The position numbers and the translations under genes are program-made. From contig JAQGDQ010002388.1 in assembly GCA_030141605.1 (NCBI GenBank), positions 1 to 64,000 on the forward strand: a stretch of DNA of 64,000 bases, given 5' to 3'. The notes below the pieces were generated by a model. That model saw only the letters and a list, made by a program, of their open reading frames with translations, did not search any database and was not told the DNA's origin. Positions 18,676 to 28,186 of the stretch are shown in pieces. Source of the DNA: Tubiluchus corallicola. Its lineage: Eukaryota; Animalia; Priapulida. Each line of letters begins with the position of its first letter. Positions within the stretch are counted from its first letter, which is position 1.

Positions 18676-19703
18676 GTCATTCCTACTCCCCTTTGTGCTT
18701 CTATTTTTGTGTTTTCACAATGCGTAAGCGCATAGGCTTGTTCAAAAAAAGAAGCGATCAAAGTGCGTACTTCTTTAGTATTTTTGGCGCTATTAATTTT
18801 AGCGCGAAACTGAGCGCCTCCCCTCACCTCTCGGCTATACCAGCCGATATGTTTTCGGGCAATACGGACTCCTCTTTCTTGCCCATAATAATCAATAATC
18901 CGTTGAAAATGATCTAAAAGAATCTGTGATCGTTTCCAAAGGGAGGGAGAAGGATATTTTTCATGATTATTGAGATAAGCGATAACATGGGAAGGGAACC
19001 ATGGGCGTCCATAAATCGCGCGTCCAATCATGATTCCTTGAGCACCGGAAATTTCCATGGCTTTCTTGGCGTCTTCTACAGTTGTTATATCTCCGTTAGC
19101 AATAACAGGAATAGAAACGGTTTTAACGACATCGTTAATTTTTTGATAGTCTGCATTTCCGGAGAAGAACTGCTGTCGTGTTCGTCCGTGGACAGTAGCC
19201 ATTTGAGCGCCGTTTTCCTGAGCAATATAAGCTATTCGAGGTGCGTTGATATGATCTGTATCCCATCCTAGGCGCATTTTTACGGTTACAGGGACAGAAA
19301 CAGCTTTTGTTACGGCGGCGATAATTTTTCCGGCTAGAGACTCTTCTTTCATCAGGGCAGCGCCTGCGACCCCTTTGACGACTTTTTTCACGGGGCATCC
19401 CATATTAATATCAATGATAGCCGCCCCTCTTTGTTCATTCATTTTAGCGGCCTCTGCCATTGCCAAAGGATCCCCCCCTACGAGCTGAACGGCTGTATTG
19501 CCTTCATCGAAATCGCAGGATGACATACGCAGGGTTTTTTCTGATGCTCTAATCATGGCTTTATCGGCAATCATTTCCGTATAGCAGAGTCCAACGCCAA
19601 ATTGCCGTACAAGGGAGCGCAAGGGAAAATCTGTAACACCAGCCATTGGTGCTAAAAAAACATTTTGATCAAGTGTTACTGTTTTTAAGCAGATAGAGGG
19701 CAT
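18672..19703 (-). CDS. dusB: tRNA dihydrouridine synthase DusB (NifR3)
   Basis: LAPMAGVTD, IDINMGCPVKKV, VHGRTR, ANGDI, RKHIGWY. Confidence 0.96.
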   Translation of the reverse strand: MPSICLKTVTLDQNVFLAPMAGVTDFPLRSLVRQFGVGLCYTEMIADKAMIRASEKTLRMSSCDFDEGNTAVQLVGGDPLAMAEAAKMNEQRGAAIIDINMGCPVKKVVKGVAGAALMKEESLAGKIIAAVTKAVSVPVTVKMRLGWDTDHINAPRIAYIAQENGAQMATVHGRTRQQFFSGNADYQKINDVVKTVSIPVIANGDITTVEDAKKAMEISGAQGIMIGRAIYGRPWFPSHVIAYLNNHEKYPSPSLWKRSQILLDHFQRIIDYYGQERGVRIARKHIGWYSREVRGGAQFRAKINSAKNTKEVRTLIASFFEQAYALTHCENTKIEAQRGVGMT

Positions 19704-19740
19704 ATTTTATCCTGAGTAATAAAAAAAATCTTAGTCCTCT

Positions 19741-19778
19741 AAGATAGCAATATGCGCTATTTTTTGCAATTGCAAAAA
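19741..19778 (-). promoter_or_regulatory. Putative sigma70 promoter of the dusB operon with a palindrome overlapping -35
   Basis: Minus strand TTGCAA(19769-19764)-N17-TATCTT(19746-19741); perfect palindrome TTTTTGCAATTGCAAAAA at 19761-19778. Confidence 0.55.
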
Positions 19779-19813
19779 GATCCATAGAGTAATTTTTTAC
19801 TTTTTATTAATTT

Positions 19814-21907
19814 TTAAGATATTTCCATGCCTTCCTGATAGACAATGACTTTATTTCTTCCTTGATGTTTTGCTCGATAAAGAGCGATATCTGCTTTTTC
19901 AATCAGCTCTCCTATTGTCTCTGTTTTTTCGCTTTCGCTGTGAAAGCTTCCTGTTGTCGCTCCTATACATAAGGGAACACCTGGTCCCTGAATATGAGAC
20001 ATTATATCACAAACACATATTCCGATACTGACGGTAAATTTTATAATATTTCCGGCATGAAGGATAGAAAGCTCCTCGACAGATCGTCGTATACGCTCTG
20101 CAATATGGATAGATCTTTCTCGCCCTGTTCCCGAGAGAATCACGGCAAATTCTTCTCCTCCTATTCGCCCAATAATATCAACAGATCGCAATTGATTTTT
20201 CAGGCATAAAGAAAATTGATACAAGGCTTTGTCACCGGCTTTGTGCCCGAAGCGATCATTGATCTTTTTAAAATAATCAATATCCAGCATAAAAACAGCG
20301 ATTTGGCTTTCTTTTTCCTGACTGATCAGCAGAAAGCTGTCTGCTAGCGCCAGGAAGTAAGAACGAGAGTATACACCTGTTAGCGAATCTGTAGTTGCGA
20401 GGCGCTGCAGGCGCCTTTCTTTTTCTTTTCTCTGGGTTATATCATTAAAAATATAAACTCGGATTGTTTCACCGCCAAAGGAAGTAATAATTGAGGTAAC
20501 TTCGGCATGAAAAGCGTGCTCTGATGTTTTTATAAGGAGTTCTGCGCGTTTTTTGTTTGACTCTTCCAGTGTTTTGAAATCTTCTTGGCTATCTTGGCTG
20601 ATAAAATCGCTGATTTTTCTACCGTCTATTTCTTCTGCGGGTATTTGAAGATGATGAATCAATTGATTGTTGGCGTGTACAATCAGGTGTTTTTCGTTAT
20701 CAACGATTGCTATAGCGACTGGAATATTATCAAGCAGCATGTGAAAATCGCTCAATCCCTCACGCAAGGCACGATAGTGAGAGCGGAAAGGCTTGACAAT
20801 GCTTGCGCGCACCTTATAGATAATAGCGCCCCAAAGTAAGAGAATCAGAAAAACACCGCCACTGATATACAGGACATTCTGCCATGTCATAAAATGAATT
20901 GTCGGTCGATAAGAGACCCAATATTTATGATCGAAATAATCAAGTTTCCGTATATGCCATACTTTTTCGTTATAAGAAAAATAGTCATAATTTTTTCCTG
21001 CGTCCCCTTGTGAGATAATCTTTAACAGATGTTTTTTTTCTGCCGGCAAAAAGGTATCTCCTGCTTTTCCTACTGGAAAAATGACTCTTTCTGCTTTCTC
21101 GTCAAAGAGAGAATATTTCCATCCTGTTTTTTCTTCCATATCCTGAATCTGTGTGAGCAGGTGAGCAAGAGGAATTTCTATCATAAAAAAGCGTTGTTTT
21201 CTTTCCAGCTCAATTCCGGACACAAAAGAAAAGAATTCCATACCGGCAAGGAGCGAGGAATTTTCCGCACATTTATTTTCATCCTCACTGGCGCACATTA
21301 TAAAGATATCTTCTTGGAATCCTGAGGATCGGTGTGCTATAGCTTGATTGAAAAAAAGGTCTTTTTTTTGAACTGCTTTTTCTCGTTCATCTGAGAAACA
21401 AGGATAATAGATGGCGATATTATCTTCTCCTAGAAACCAGAGCTTATGATTTTGAATATTTTCTATATTTTTTCTTCGGGATATAAAATCGTTATAGAGG
21501 GAGATCAAATGCTGAAGGATTTCGACTTCCCATACTTTCAGCCGCATAATTTCCGTTGCGCTGTAAGCACCGACAATTGTATCGAAAAGAATATTATCAT
21601 AGCAGGCTTGCTCTTTTGAGGTGGGGGTATATTCTTCTAGAAGACCGTCTCTTTTCACACGGGTGTTTATTGTATGATTAACATCAAATAAATATTCAAA
21701 AATCTCTCCAAAGTCTTCCTGGAAAGCCGATGTATAAAAGTGCATGAGCCGTTCACTTTCCTGAAACTTTTCTTCCTCATGATCAATTTCCATCATGATG
21801 ATGGGAGTCCAGATTCCGGCAAGAAGAAGGAAGAATCCTACAATAGAAAAAAGGATCGCCGCCGTGCGAAATTTAAATGTTGAGGGTGTAGAGAATTTGT
21901 CCAGCAT
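19814..21907 (-). CDS. Membrane sensor diguanylate cyclase (periplasmic domain, PAS, GGDEF)
   Basis: Two TMs, PAS-like segment, DSLTG, DIDYFKKIND, RSVD I-site, GGEEF. Confidence 0.92.
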   Translation of the reverse strand: MLDKFSTPSTFKFRTAAILFSIVGFFLLLAGIWTPIIMMEIDHEEEKFQESERLMHFYTSAFQEDFGEIFEYLFDVNHTINTRVKRDGLLEEYTPTSKEQACYDNILFDTIVGAYSATEIMRLKVWEVEILQHLISLYNDFISRRKNIENIQNHKLWFLGEDNIAIYYPCFSDEREKAVQKKDLFFNQAIAHRSSGFQEDIFIMCASEDENKCAENSSLLAGMEFFSFVSGIELERKQRFFMIEIPLAHLLTQIQDMEEKTGWKYSLFDEKAERVIFPVGKAGDTFLPAEKKHLLKIISQGDAGKNYDYFSYNEKVWHIRKLDYFDHKYWVSYRPTIHFMTWQNVLYISGGVFLILLLWGAIIYKVRASIVKPFRSHYRALREGLSDFHMLLDNIPVAIAIVDNEKHLIVHANNQLIHHLQIPAEEIDGRKISDFISQDSQEDFKTLEESNKKRAELLIKTSEHAFHAEVTSIITSFGGETIRVYIFNDITQRKEKERRLQRLATTDSLTGVYSRSYFLALADSFLLISQEKESQIAVFMLDIDYFKKINDRFGHKAGDKALYQFSLCLKNQLRSVDIIGRIGGEEFAVILSGTGRERSIHIAERIRRSVEELSILHAGNIIKFTVSIGICVCDIMSHIQGPGVPLCIGATTGSFHSESEKTETIGELIEKADIALYRAKHQGRNKVIVYQEGMEIS

Positions 21908-21914
21908 AGAAGAA

Positions 21915-22277
21915 TTAATACCTCGATTGACATTCTTTTAAAAGTTGTTTTTTTGTTTCAAAAAAAAGAACTTCCATTTCAGCGACCATATCATTTAGGT
22001 TTTCATAGTTATTTTCTTTAGCTCTTCTGCTTATTTCTTCTGTCATCGCAGGAAGTTTTCTAGCTGACAGATTTGCGGCAGCGCCACGAATCCTATGCAT
22101 TTCTGCCTGTATTATTTCCTGATTAAAGTGAGATACCGCGTCATAAACAAGGGGAAAGCGCTCTTGTGTATCCTGCGCCCATACTTCAATAATTTCTTTT
22201 GCTGATTCTTTACCAACCGCCTCAATTAACTTACGAAAAGCGTCTTTGTCATAGATAAAAGTACTTGTATACTCCAT
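21915..22277 (-). CDS. Stand-alone Hpt phosphotransfer protein
   Basis: 120 aa, predicted helical, MHRIRGAAANL (H-x-x-K/R-G-A motif). Confidence 0.8.
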   Translation of the reverse strand: MEYTSTFIYDKDAFRKLIEAVGKESAKEIIEVWAQDTQERFPLVYDAVSHFNQEIIQAEMHRIRGAAANLSARKLPAMTEEISRRAKENNYENLNDMVAEMEVLFFETKKQLLKECQSRY

Positions 22278-22430
22278 TGTAGAAACCTTTACATAAGAAT
22301 AAATTCGCTTGAATATTTCAGTGTGGCTGTAGTATATCGTATAAATAGAAAAGATACAATTTTCTTTTCATAAGCAAACGGTTTTTTCTTTTCGTAACAG
22401 AGTATTGAATTTTAAATGAAATTTTTAAAG

Positions 22431-23489
22431 TTATCTTTTTTCTAGAGCTTCTTGATAATAGCGAAATGCGCCGACATGAAAAGGAATTGATCCTCTATTA
22501 AAATTGTTCGCGATATCAATTTTTTCTCCTAGACTATGCCCCTGTTGATAAATTTCCAAAGAGCGCGGATGCCAGAGTGATTTTGTGATTTCATAAACAA
22601 GCGTGTTATCCAATGTATCCATTGCGAGAAGAAGAGACGGCACACGAATTGTTTTAATTTCCTGTTCTGTTGTATAGATAGTTTCCGGAATGGTTGAGAG
22701 GGTCCAGAATCGTTCCTGATAAAAAATAGCATCTTTCTTTTGGTAAGGAAGGGAGAGTAATTCTGCTTTTGACCCCACAAGGGAGTCTATTCTTTCATTA
22801 GGGTATCCTGTTACAACAAAGAATCCGTCTAGCTTTCCTGCCTCCAGAAGGATTGAGGATTCAAAACTGTCGATATAATAAGCAAAGAAATCTTTTTCCT
22901 CTAGGTTATAGAGGGAAAGAAAATTTCTAATTGTCTCTAATGTTCCCGATCCTTCGGATCCGACTGCGATATGTTGCCCTTTTATGTCTTCCAAACTTGT
23001 AAGAGAGGTTTCTGAATTGATAAGAAAGTGAAGATGTTCATCATAGAGTCGCGCGACAATTCTTAAGCCGTGGCAGTGAGTGTTTTTCCATCTTCCTATA
23101 TTAGCCCATGCTTGCCATGCGATATCAGCTTGCACAAGTGCCATATCCACTTTCCCTGTGCAGAGATCATGTATATTTTGCGCTGATCCACTGGATGATC
23201 GTGTAACTGCGTTGAGATTTTCCACGCCGCATATCCCTCCTTTTTCGCATGAACGCGCTCCTTGCGGCTTACTGATAGCGTAAGCGATCAGAGCACCGAT
23301 AGAGAAATATCCTCCTCCTGGGTATCCGGCGCCAATTTTAAAAAAATTTTTATCTGTTGCGTATGAGGGTATTATGAATAAAGCGTATGAATAAAGCGCG
23401 CTAATTGCGATAATAGTTTTTGCTCTGAGCAGAAAACTCAAAGGATATTGTGTGCGCAAATCTTTCTTTTTTTTACTGTTTATTTTCAT
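22431..23489 (-). CDS. TAXI-family TRAP solute-binding protein
   Basis: GGGYFSIG, SSGSAQNI, ALVQAD, GSEGSGT, IPFHVGAFRYY. Confidence 0.88.
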   Translation of the reverse strand: MKINSKKKKDLRTQYPLSFLLRAKTIIAISALYSYALFIIPSYATDKNFFKIGAGYPGGGYFSIGALIAYAISKPQGARSCEKGGICGVENLNAVTRSSSGSAQNIHDLCTGKVDMALVQADIAWQAWANIGRWKNTHCHGLRIVARLYDEHLHFLINSETSLTSLEDIKGQHIAVGSEGSGTLETIRNFLSLYNLEEKDFFAYYIDSFESSILLEAGKLDGFFVVTGYPNERIDSLVGSKAELLSLPYQKKDAIFYQERFWTLSTIPETIYTTEQEIKTIRVPSLLLAMDTLDNTLVYEITKSLWHPRSLEIYQQGHSLGEKIDIANNFNRGSIPFHVGAFRYYQEALEKR

Positions 23490-24339
23490 GAAGGAAATTC
23501 TCTTTTAGCGCGGCGTTTTTTATCTCTTCAGGCTGTGCTATACTTATGAAAGCGTCATGAACATTTTTGCCGCAAGCGAGGACTGTATTTCCTTTAATCA
23601 GACCGTTATTAGCCATAAAATCAGATGTCCATCCTCCTGCTTCCTTGACAAGATGGATTCCGGCAAGGCAGTCCCATGAATTGGCCCATGGCTGATAAAA
23701 TCCCAGCTGCCGCCCGGCAGAGACCCATGCAAGACTTAAAGCGCAACTTCCAATTCTACTCCATGTTCCGCCAGCGTGTGTAAGGCGTTTTATAAAGTCT
23801 GCTGTTATATCGGAAAAGTATGATTTATAGGTGCAAATCCCAATACTTCCTGCCGTCAGACTTTGGCTATTTATGGTTTGGATTGCTGTTCCGTTAAGAG
23901 TTGCGCCATGGCCGCGTCGAGCAGAAAACAGTTCATTATGAATGGGATCATAAACGATTCCCAGCTCCACGTCATTTTCACTATTGATAAAAGCGATACA
24001 GATGCTCCATAAGGGGATTCCATGAACAAAAGCCCATGTTCCATCAATAGGGTCAATAACCCAAACGCCTGTTTTTTCCGAAGATCCAGTAAATCCGCCT
24101 TCTTCTCCTAGGATACAATCTAGAGGAAATTTTTTTTCTAGCACGCCTCGAATTAATGTTTCCACATTGCGATCGGCCATTGTAACGACATCAGTATCGC
24201 TGTCTTTTTTATCAATGGCGAGTTCAGCACGATTTTCGTAATAGGAAAGCGCTCTTGCTCCTGCACGTAAAACCAGCTCACAGGCAATGTCAAATCTTTC
24301 CTGTATCGCATCATTATTTTGCTGTTTATCCTGTATCAT
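23473..24339 (-). CDS. Inositol monophosphatase-family protein
   Basis: VTMAD, GEE, WVIDPIDGT, WDCLAG. Confidence 0.92.
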   Translation of the reverse strand: MIQDKQQNNDAIQERFDIACELVLRAGARALSYYENRAELAIDKKDSDTDVVTMADRNVETLIRGVLEKKFPLDCILGEEGGFTGSSEKTGVWVIDPIDGTWAFVHGIPLWSICIAFINSENDVELGIVYDPIHNELFSARRGHGATLNGTAIQTINSQSLTAGSIGICTYKSYFSDITADFIKRLTHAGGTWSRIGSCALSLAWVSAGRQLGFYQPWANSWDCLAGIHLVKEAGGWTSDFMANNGLIKGNTVLACGKNVHDAFISIAQPEEIKNAALKENFLHENKQ

Positions 24340-24415
24340 TTTTGTTCCTTTTCTTAATTAAAAAATATTATAGATTACAGGAGCTGCCAAAAGGGGTTTT
24401 TTTCACACATTTCTT

Positions 24416-25354
24416 TTATCCTCGCTTTCCATTTTTAGCATTTCTTTCCCAAAAGACACCGTTTTCATATCCTTGTATTTGTTTATTATCCTCCGCCATT
24501 TCGAGACGTTTTTCTATAAGAGCGCAATATTTTTCTTCCTGTTCAATGGCGAGATAGTGTCGATTCAGTTTTTTAGCGGCTACTGATGTTGTTCCTGAAC
24601 CTGCGAAGGGATCAAATATCATATCTCCTTCCTGGCTACTTGCTAGGATTAGTTTTGCGATTAGCTTTTCTGGTTTTTGTGTTGAATGTTCAGTATTTTC
24701 AGGCATTGACCAGAAAGGAACGGTAATATCCGTCCATAAATTTGATGGTGCCGTCAGTCGAAAAGGGCCCTCTTTTGTTTCGCTCCAATCTTTTGGTTTT
24801 CCTTTTTTGCTTCGGTAAGGTGCAAGAACATATCTTTTTAATTTTACCGCATCGCAATTAAAGGTATAGTTTTTTCCTTTTGTGAAGAACCATATATCTT
24901 CAAGGCAATTTTTCCAGTTTGCTTTTGCTCCTCTTCCTTTTTCCCTCTCCCATGTAATACGGTTTTGCACCTGAAAAAATTGAGAGCATACTTGATAAAT
25001 CGTTAAAGAGGAATACCAGTCGCAACAGACATAAAGAGTTGCATTTTCTTTTAAAAGAGGTGCGATTTTTTGAACCCATTTATGTGTATAGTTTGCATAG
25101 TCTTGCATGGTCATCTGTGAAAATTTACGACTGGAAAAAGTTTTTGTTATATTGTAAGGGGGATCAACAATTGCTAGGTCGATAGAATTTTCAGGCAAAA
25201 GGGAAGCGAGCGCATTAAAATCGCCGCAGATTGTTTTATTAACGGGCAGCGTATTTGGCGTAAATGTTTTCTGATAGAGAATCTTTTTCAGCAAGATGTT
25301 TTTTTCTTTTTCCGAAAGCGTTATGGTTTTATTACGGGTTGGCTTTTGGTTCAC
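24416..25354 (-). CDS. Orphan beta-class N6-adenine/N4-cytosine DNA methyltransferase
   Basis: DPPY precedes HSTQKP and FAGSGTT; GTG start; no adjacent nuclease. Confidence 0.9.
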   Translation of the reverse strand: MNQKPTRNKTITLSEKEKNILLKKILYQKTFTPNTLPVNKTICGDFNALASLLPENSIDLAIVDPPYNITKTFSSRKFSQMTMQDYANYTHKWVQKIAPLLKENATLYVCCDWYSSLTIYQVCSQFFQVQNRITWEREKGRGAKANWKNCLEDIWFFTKGKNYTFNCDAVKLKRYVLAPYRSKKGKPKDWSETKEGPFRLTAPSNLWTDITVPFWSMPENTEHSTQKPEKLIAKLILASSQEGDMIFDPFAGSGTTSVAAKKLNRHYLAIEQEEKYCALIEKRLEMAEDNKQIQGYENGVFWERNAKNGKRG

Positions 25355-25430
25355 GGCAAGTCGGCTTTTCTGCTATTTCCAATTAAAGAGAGTATTTTTA
25401 ATCACGCAAATCTTACCACAGGATTGTTTT

Positions 25431-25468
25431 AAAAAATAGGGCTCACTATAAAAAGAGAGCCCTATTTT
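25431..25468 (-). terminator. Intrinsic terminator after metQ
   Basis: AAAATAGGGCTC-N12-GAGCCCTATTTT perfect 12-bp stem running into a T tract. Confidence 0.8.
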
Positions 25469-25489
25469 CGTCTTGCTTATATATTTATT

Positions 25490-26290
25490 TTACCATGCAG
25501 GAACAACGGCGCCTTTATAGCGTTCTAAAATATATGCTTTTACTTTTGGATCGTGATAGCATTCCATAAGTGTTTTCACCCAGGGTTTTTCAACATTTTT
25601 CGAATGAACAACAACGAGATTCACATAAGGAGAATCACCTCCTTCTTTAAGAAGTGTATCTGTTATAGGGTCAAATCCGCTTTGAACAGCAAAGTCTGTA
25701 TTGATGGAAGCGATATCAACGTCATCAATAATTCTTGGGATCTGAGGAGCGTCCATTTCTATAAAGAAGAAATTATGTGGATTTTTCACGACATCGATAG
25801 CGCCTGCGGTAATTCCGGCATTGGGATCGATTTCAATAAGGCCGGCATTTTGAAGAATCAGTAATGCGCGTCCTCCATTTGTTGGGTCATTTTGAATAGC
25901 GACTGTCGCGCCTTTTTTCAGTTGAGAAATATCTTTTATCTTTGTTGAGTAGAATCCCATAGGAAAGAGGAAATTTTTTCCAACTGCGACGAGATCATAT
26001 CCTCGTGTTTTGATTTCGTTTTGCAAGAAAGGATCATGCTGGAAGGAGTTGACATCAATATCCCCTGCGTCCAAAGCAGCGTTAGGGACAATATAGTCTG
26101 CAAAGCTGACGATTTCTATTTCAAGTCCTTTTTCTGCGGCAATTTCCTGTACAATATAGGCAACATCTTCATGAGGACCTGTAGAAACGCCCAGAGAGAT
26201 TTTTTCCGCGTAACTATTTGCAGAAAAAGTCGCGGCTGTAAATAAAGAGAGTGTACTATAGAGTATTTTTTTTCTGATTGACATTGGCAT
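25490..26290 (-). CDS. metQ: Methionine ABC transporter substrate-binding protein
   Basis: NSFQH, NDPTNGGRAL, SPYVN, GAVVPAW. Confidence 0.93.
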   Translation of the reverse strand: MPMSIRKKILYSTLSLFTAATFSANSYAEKISLGVSTGPHEDVAYIVQEIAAEKGLEIEIVSFADYIVPNAALDAGDIDVNSFQHDPFLQNEIKTRGYDLVAVGKNFLFPMGFYSTKIKDISQLKKGATVAIQNDPTNGGRALLILQNAGLIEIDPNAGITAGAIDVVKNPHNFFFIEMDAPQIPRIIDDVDIASINTDFAVQSGFDPITDTLLKEGGDSPYVNLVVVHSKNVEKPWVKTLMECYHDPKVKAYILERYKGAVVPAW

Positions 26291-26324
26291 TCTCCTGATA
26301 TTTTAACAGTTAGGATAAATAATT

Positions 26325-27041
26325 TTATAATTTCCGTTTATCAAGCTTTTTAGAGACTTTATCTCCTGTTGATTGAAACAGTTGAACAATAATGATCAGC
26401 AGGATTACAGTAAAATTCAGAATAACGATATTGTATCGCTGATATCCATAGCTATAGGCTAATTGCCCAAGCCCGCCACCTCCGACGGCACCTGCCATTG
26501 CCGAGTATCCCAGTAGGCTGATGGAAGAAAGAGTTATTCCCTGAACAATTGTGGGAAGCGCTTCAGGAAGTAGAATTTTAAAAATAATTTGTAATTTTGA
26601 TGCGCCAAAAGCCCTTCCCATTTCAATCAGGCCGGGCTCGATGCTTCTGATGGCGGTTTCAACAATACGAGCAATAAAAGGAATAGCGGCAATCGTTAAG
26701 GGAACGATGGTTGCGTTTGTTCCAATCCTTTTTCCTACGATCCATGCGGTAAAAGGAAAAAGGTAGATAATCAGGATAATAAACGGGATTGATCGTGTTA
26801 TATTGACGAGTAATCCTACTGTAGCGTTCCATTTGTGCAGAGGATAAATATCATTTTTTCCTGTCATAGAAAGAAATACCCCTAAGGGAATTCCGCCAAC
26901 ACTTCCAAGAAGGAGTGACATGCCTACCATATAGAAGGTTTCTTGTGTTGCTTTAATGATTTCTATTCGGATACGTGTAGAAAGATCGATATTGAAGATA
27001 ATTTCTATAAAGCCAAACAGAGGAGATAATAACTCAAACAT
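26325..27041 (-). CDS. metI: Methionine ABC transporter permease
   Basis: RSIPFIIL, YSAMAGAVGGGGLG. Confidence 0.94.
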   Translation of the reverse strand: MFELLSPLFGFIEIIFNIDLSTRIRIEIIKATQETFYMVGMSLLLGSVGGIPLGVFLSMTGKNDIYPLHKWNATVGLLVNITRSIPFIILIIYLFPFTAWIVGKRIGTNATIVPLTIAAIPFIARIVETAIRSIEPGLIEMGRAFGASKLQIIFKILLPEALPTIVQGITLSSISLLGYSAMAGAVGGGGLGQLAYSYGYQRYNIVILNFTVILLIIIVQLFQSTGDKVSKKLDKRKL

Positions 27042-28077
27042 AGCCTACAACCTCAACTTTCAGATGATCTTGTTTTTCCAGGAAATTCATTGCTTTTTCA
27101 AACTTTTGTTTATCTTTACAGAATTCAATCCATAAAAGCCCGAAGGGTTGGTCTTGTATTTTTTCGATACGCCCATAGAGAATATTAAATTGAGCACCAC
27201 TTTCCTGAAACATGGATGCTAAGACAGGTTCTGTTGCTTTTTCTCTTTGGAAAATAATTCTGACAAGAGGAGCTCCATCGTGAATTTGTTCTTCTTTAAG
27301 GATAGTACGTATATAAGGCGGGATATCATGTTCTATAACAGAATTGACAAACCGTCTTGTTGTTGGGTTTTCCGGAGAGGAAAACAGATCAAATACATTA
27401 TTAAGCTCGACAACGGCGCCTTGCTCCATGACGGCAGCACGGTGGCATAATGATTTAATCACGTTCATTTCATGAGTAATCAGAACAATAGTAAGATTCA
27501 GCCTTTTATTAATATCTCTAAGCAACTCTAGGATAGATTCTGTTGTTTCCGGATCTAGGGCGGATGTTGCTTCATCGCATAAAAGAATATCAGGTGACAT
27601 GACAAGGGCTCGTGCGATTCCAACCCGTTGCTTTTGGCCGCCGGAAAGTTGAGAGGGCCACGCATCTTTACGATCGCTCAGACCAACAAGCTCTAAAAGA
27701 GGTGTAATCAACTCAGTGTGGCGTTGTTTAGGGATTTTGGCAATTTCCAAAGGGAAGGCAATATTTTGCCAGACAGTTCTGGAAGAGAGAAGATTAAAAT
27801 GCTGAAAAATCATACCGGTTTTCTGCCGATGGATACGTAAACTTTTTTCCGACAGGCCAGACAGTTCTTTTTCCTCAAGGAAAAGCTTCCCACTGGAAGG
27901 GCGCTCCAGTAAATTGATCGTGCGTATCAGAGTGCTTTTTCCAGCTCCGCTTCTCCCTATGACGCCAAAAATCTCACCTCTTTCAATGGTGAGAGAAACA
28001 GAATCAAGAGCGGTTATATTTTCGGTTTTTTTATTATCTTGATTAAAGATTCGGGAGACATTTTCAAATCGTATCAT
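27034..28077 (-). CDS. metN: Methionine ABC transporter ATPase
   Basis: GRSGAGKST, QHFNLL, LCDEATSALDP, C-terminal NIL-like domain. Confidence 0.95.
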   Translation of the reverse strand: MIRFENVSRIFNQDNKKTENITALDSVSLTIERGEIFGVIGRSGAGKSTLIRTINLLERPSSGKLFLEEKELSGLSEKSLRIHRQKTGMIFQHFNLLSSRTVWQNIAFPLEIAKIPKQRHTELITPLLELVGLSDRKDAWPSQLSGGQKQRVGIARALVMSPDILLCDEATSALDPETTESILELLRDINKRLNLTIVLITHEMNVIKSLCHRAAVMEQGAVVELNNVFDLFSSPENPTTRRFVNSVIEHDIPPYIRTILKEEQIHDGAPLVRIIFQREKATEPVLASMFQESGAQFNILYGRIEKIQDQPFGLLWIEFCKDKQKFEKAMNFLEKQDHLKVEVVGYV

Positions 28078-28140
28078 TTATTTTTTTGCTCCTGTTTTTC
28101 AAAGGTCAAAAACATTACCTTATTTACCAAAGAGGAAAGC

Positions 28141-28177
28141 AAAAAAAAACGCCCTGCCATTCATGGGTCAGAACGTT
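28141..28177 (-). terminator. Leader terminator (attenuator) between the SAM-II aptamer and metN
   Basis: AACGTTCTG/CAGGGCGTT 9-bp stem (2 GU pairs) ending in a 9-T run. Confidence 0.75.
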
Positions 28178-28186
28178 GCTTCATGA

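Noticed and set aside
19753-19768. NtrC box-like TGCGCTATTTTTTGCA upstream of dusB
   Set aside because: TGC-N10-GCA is one base short of the 17-bp NtrC site spacing
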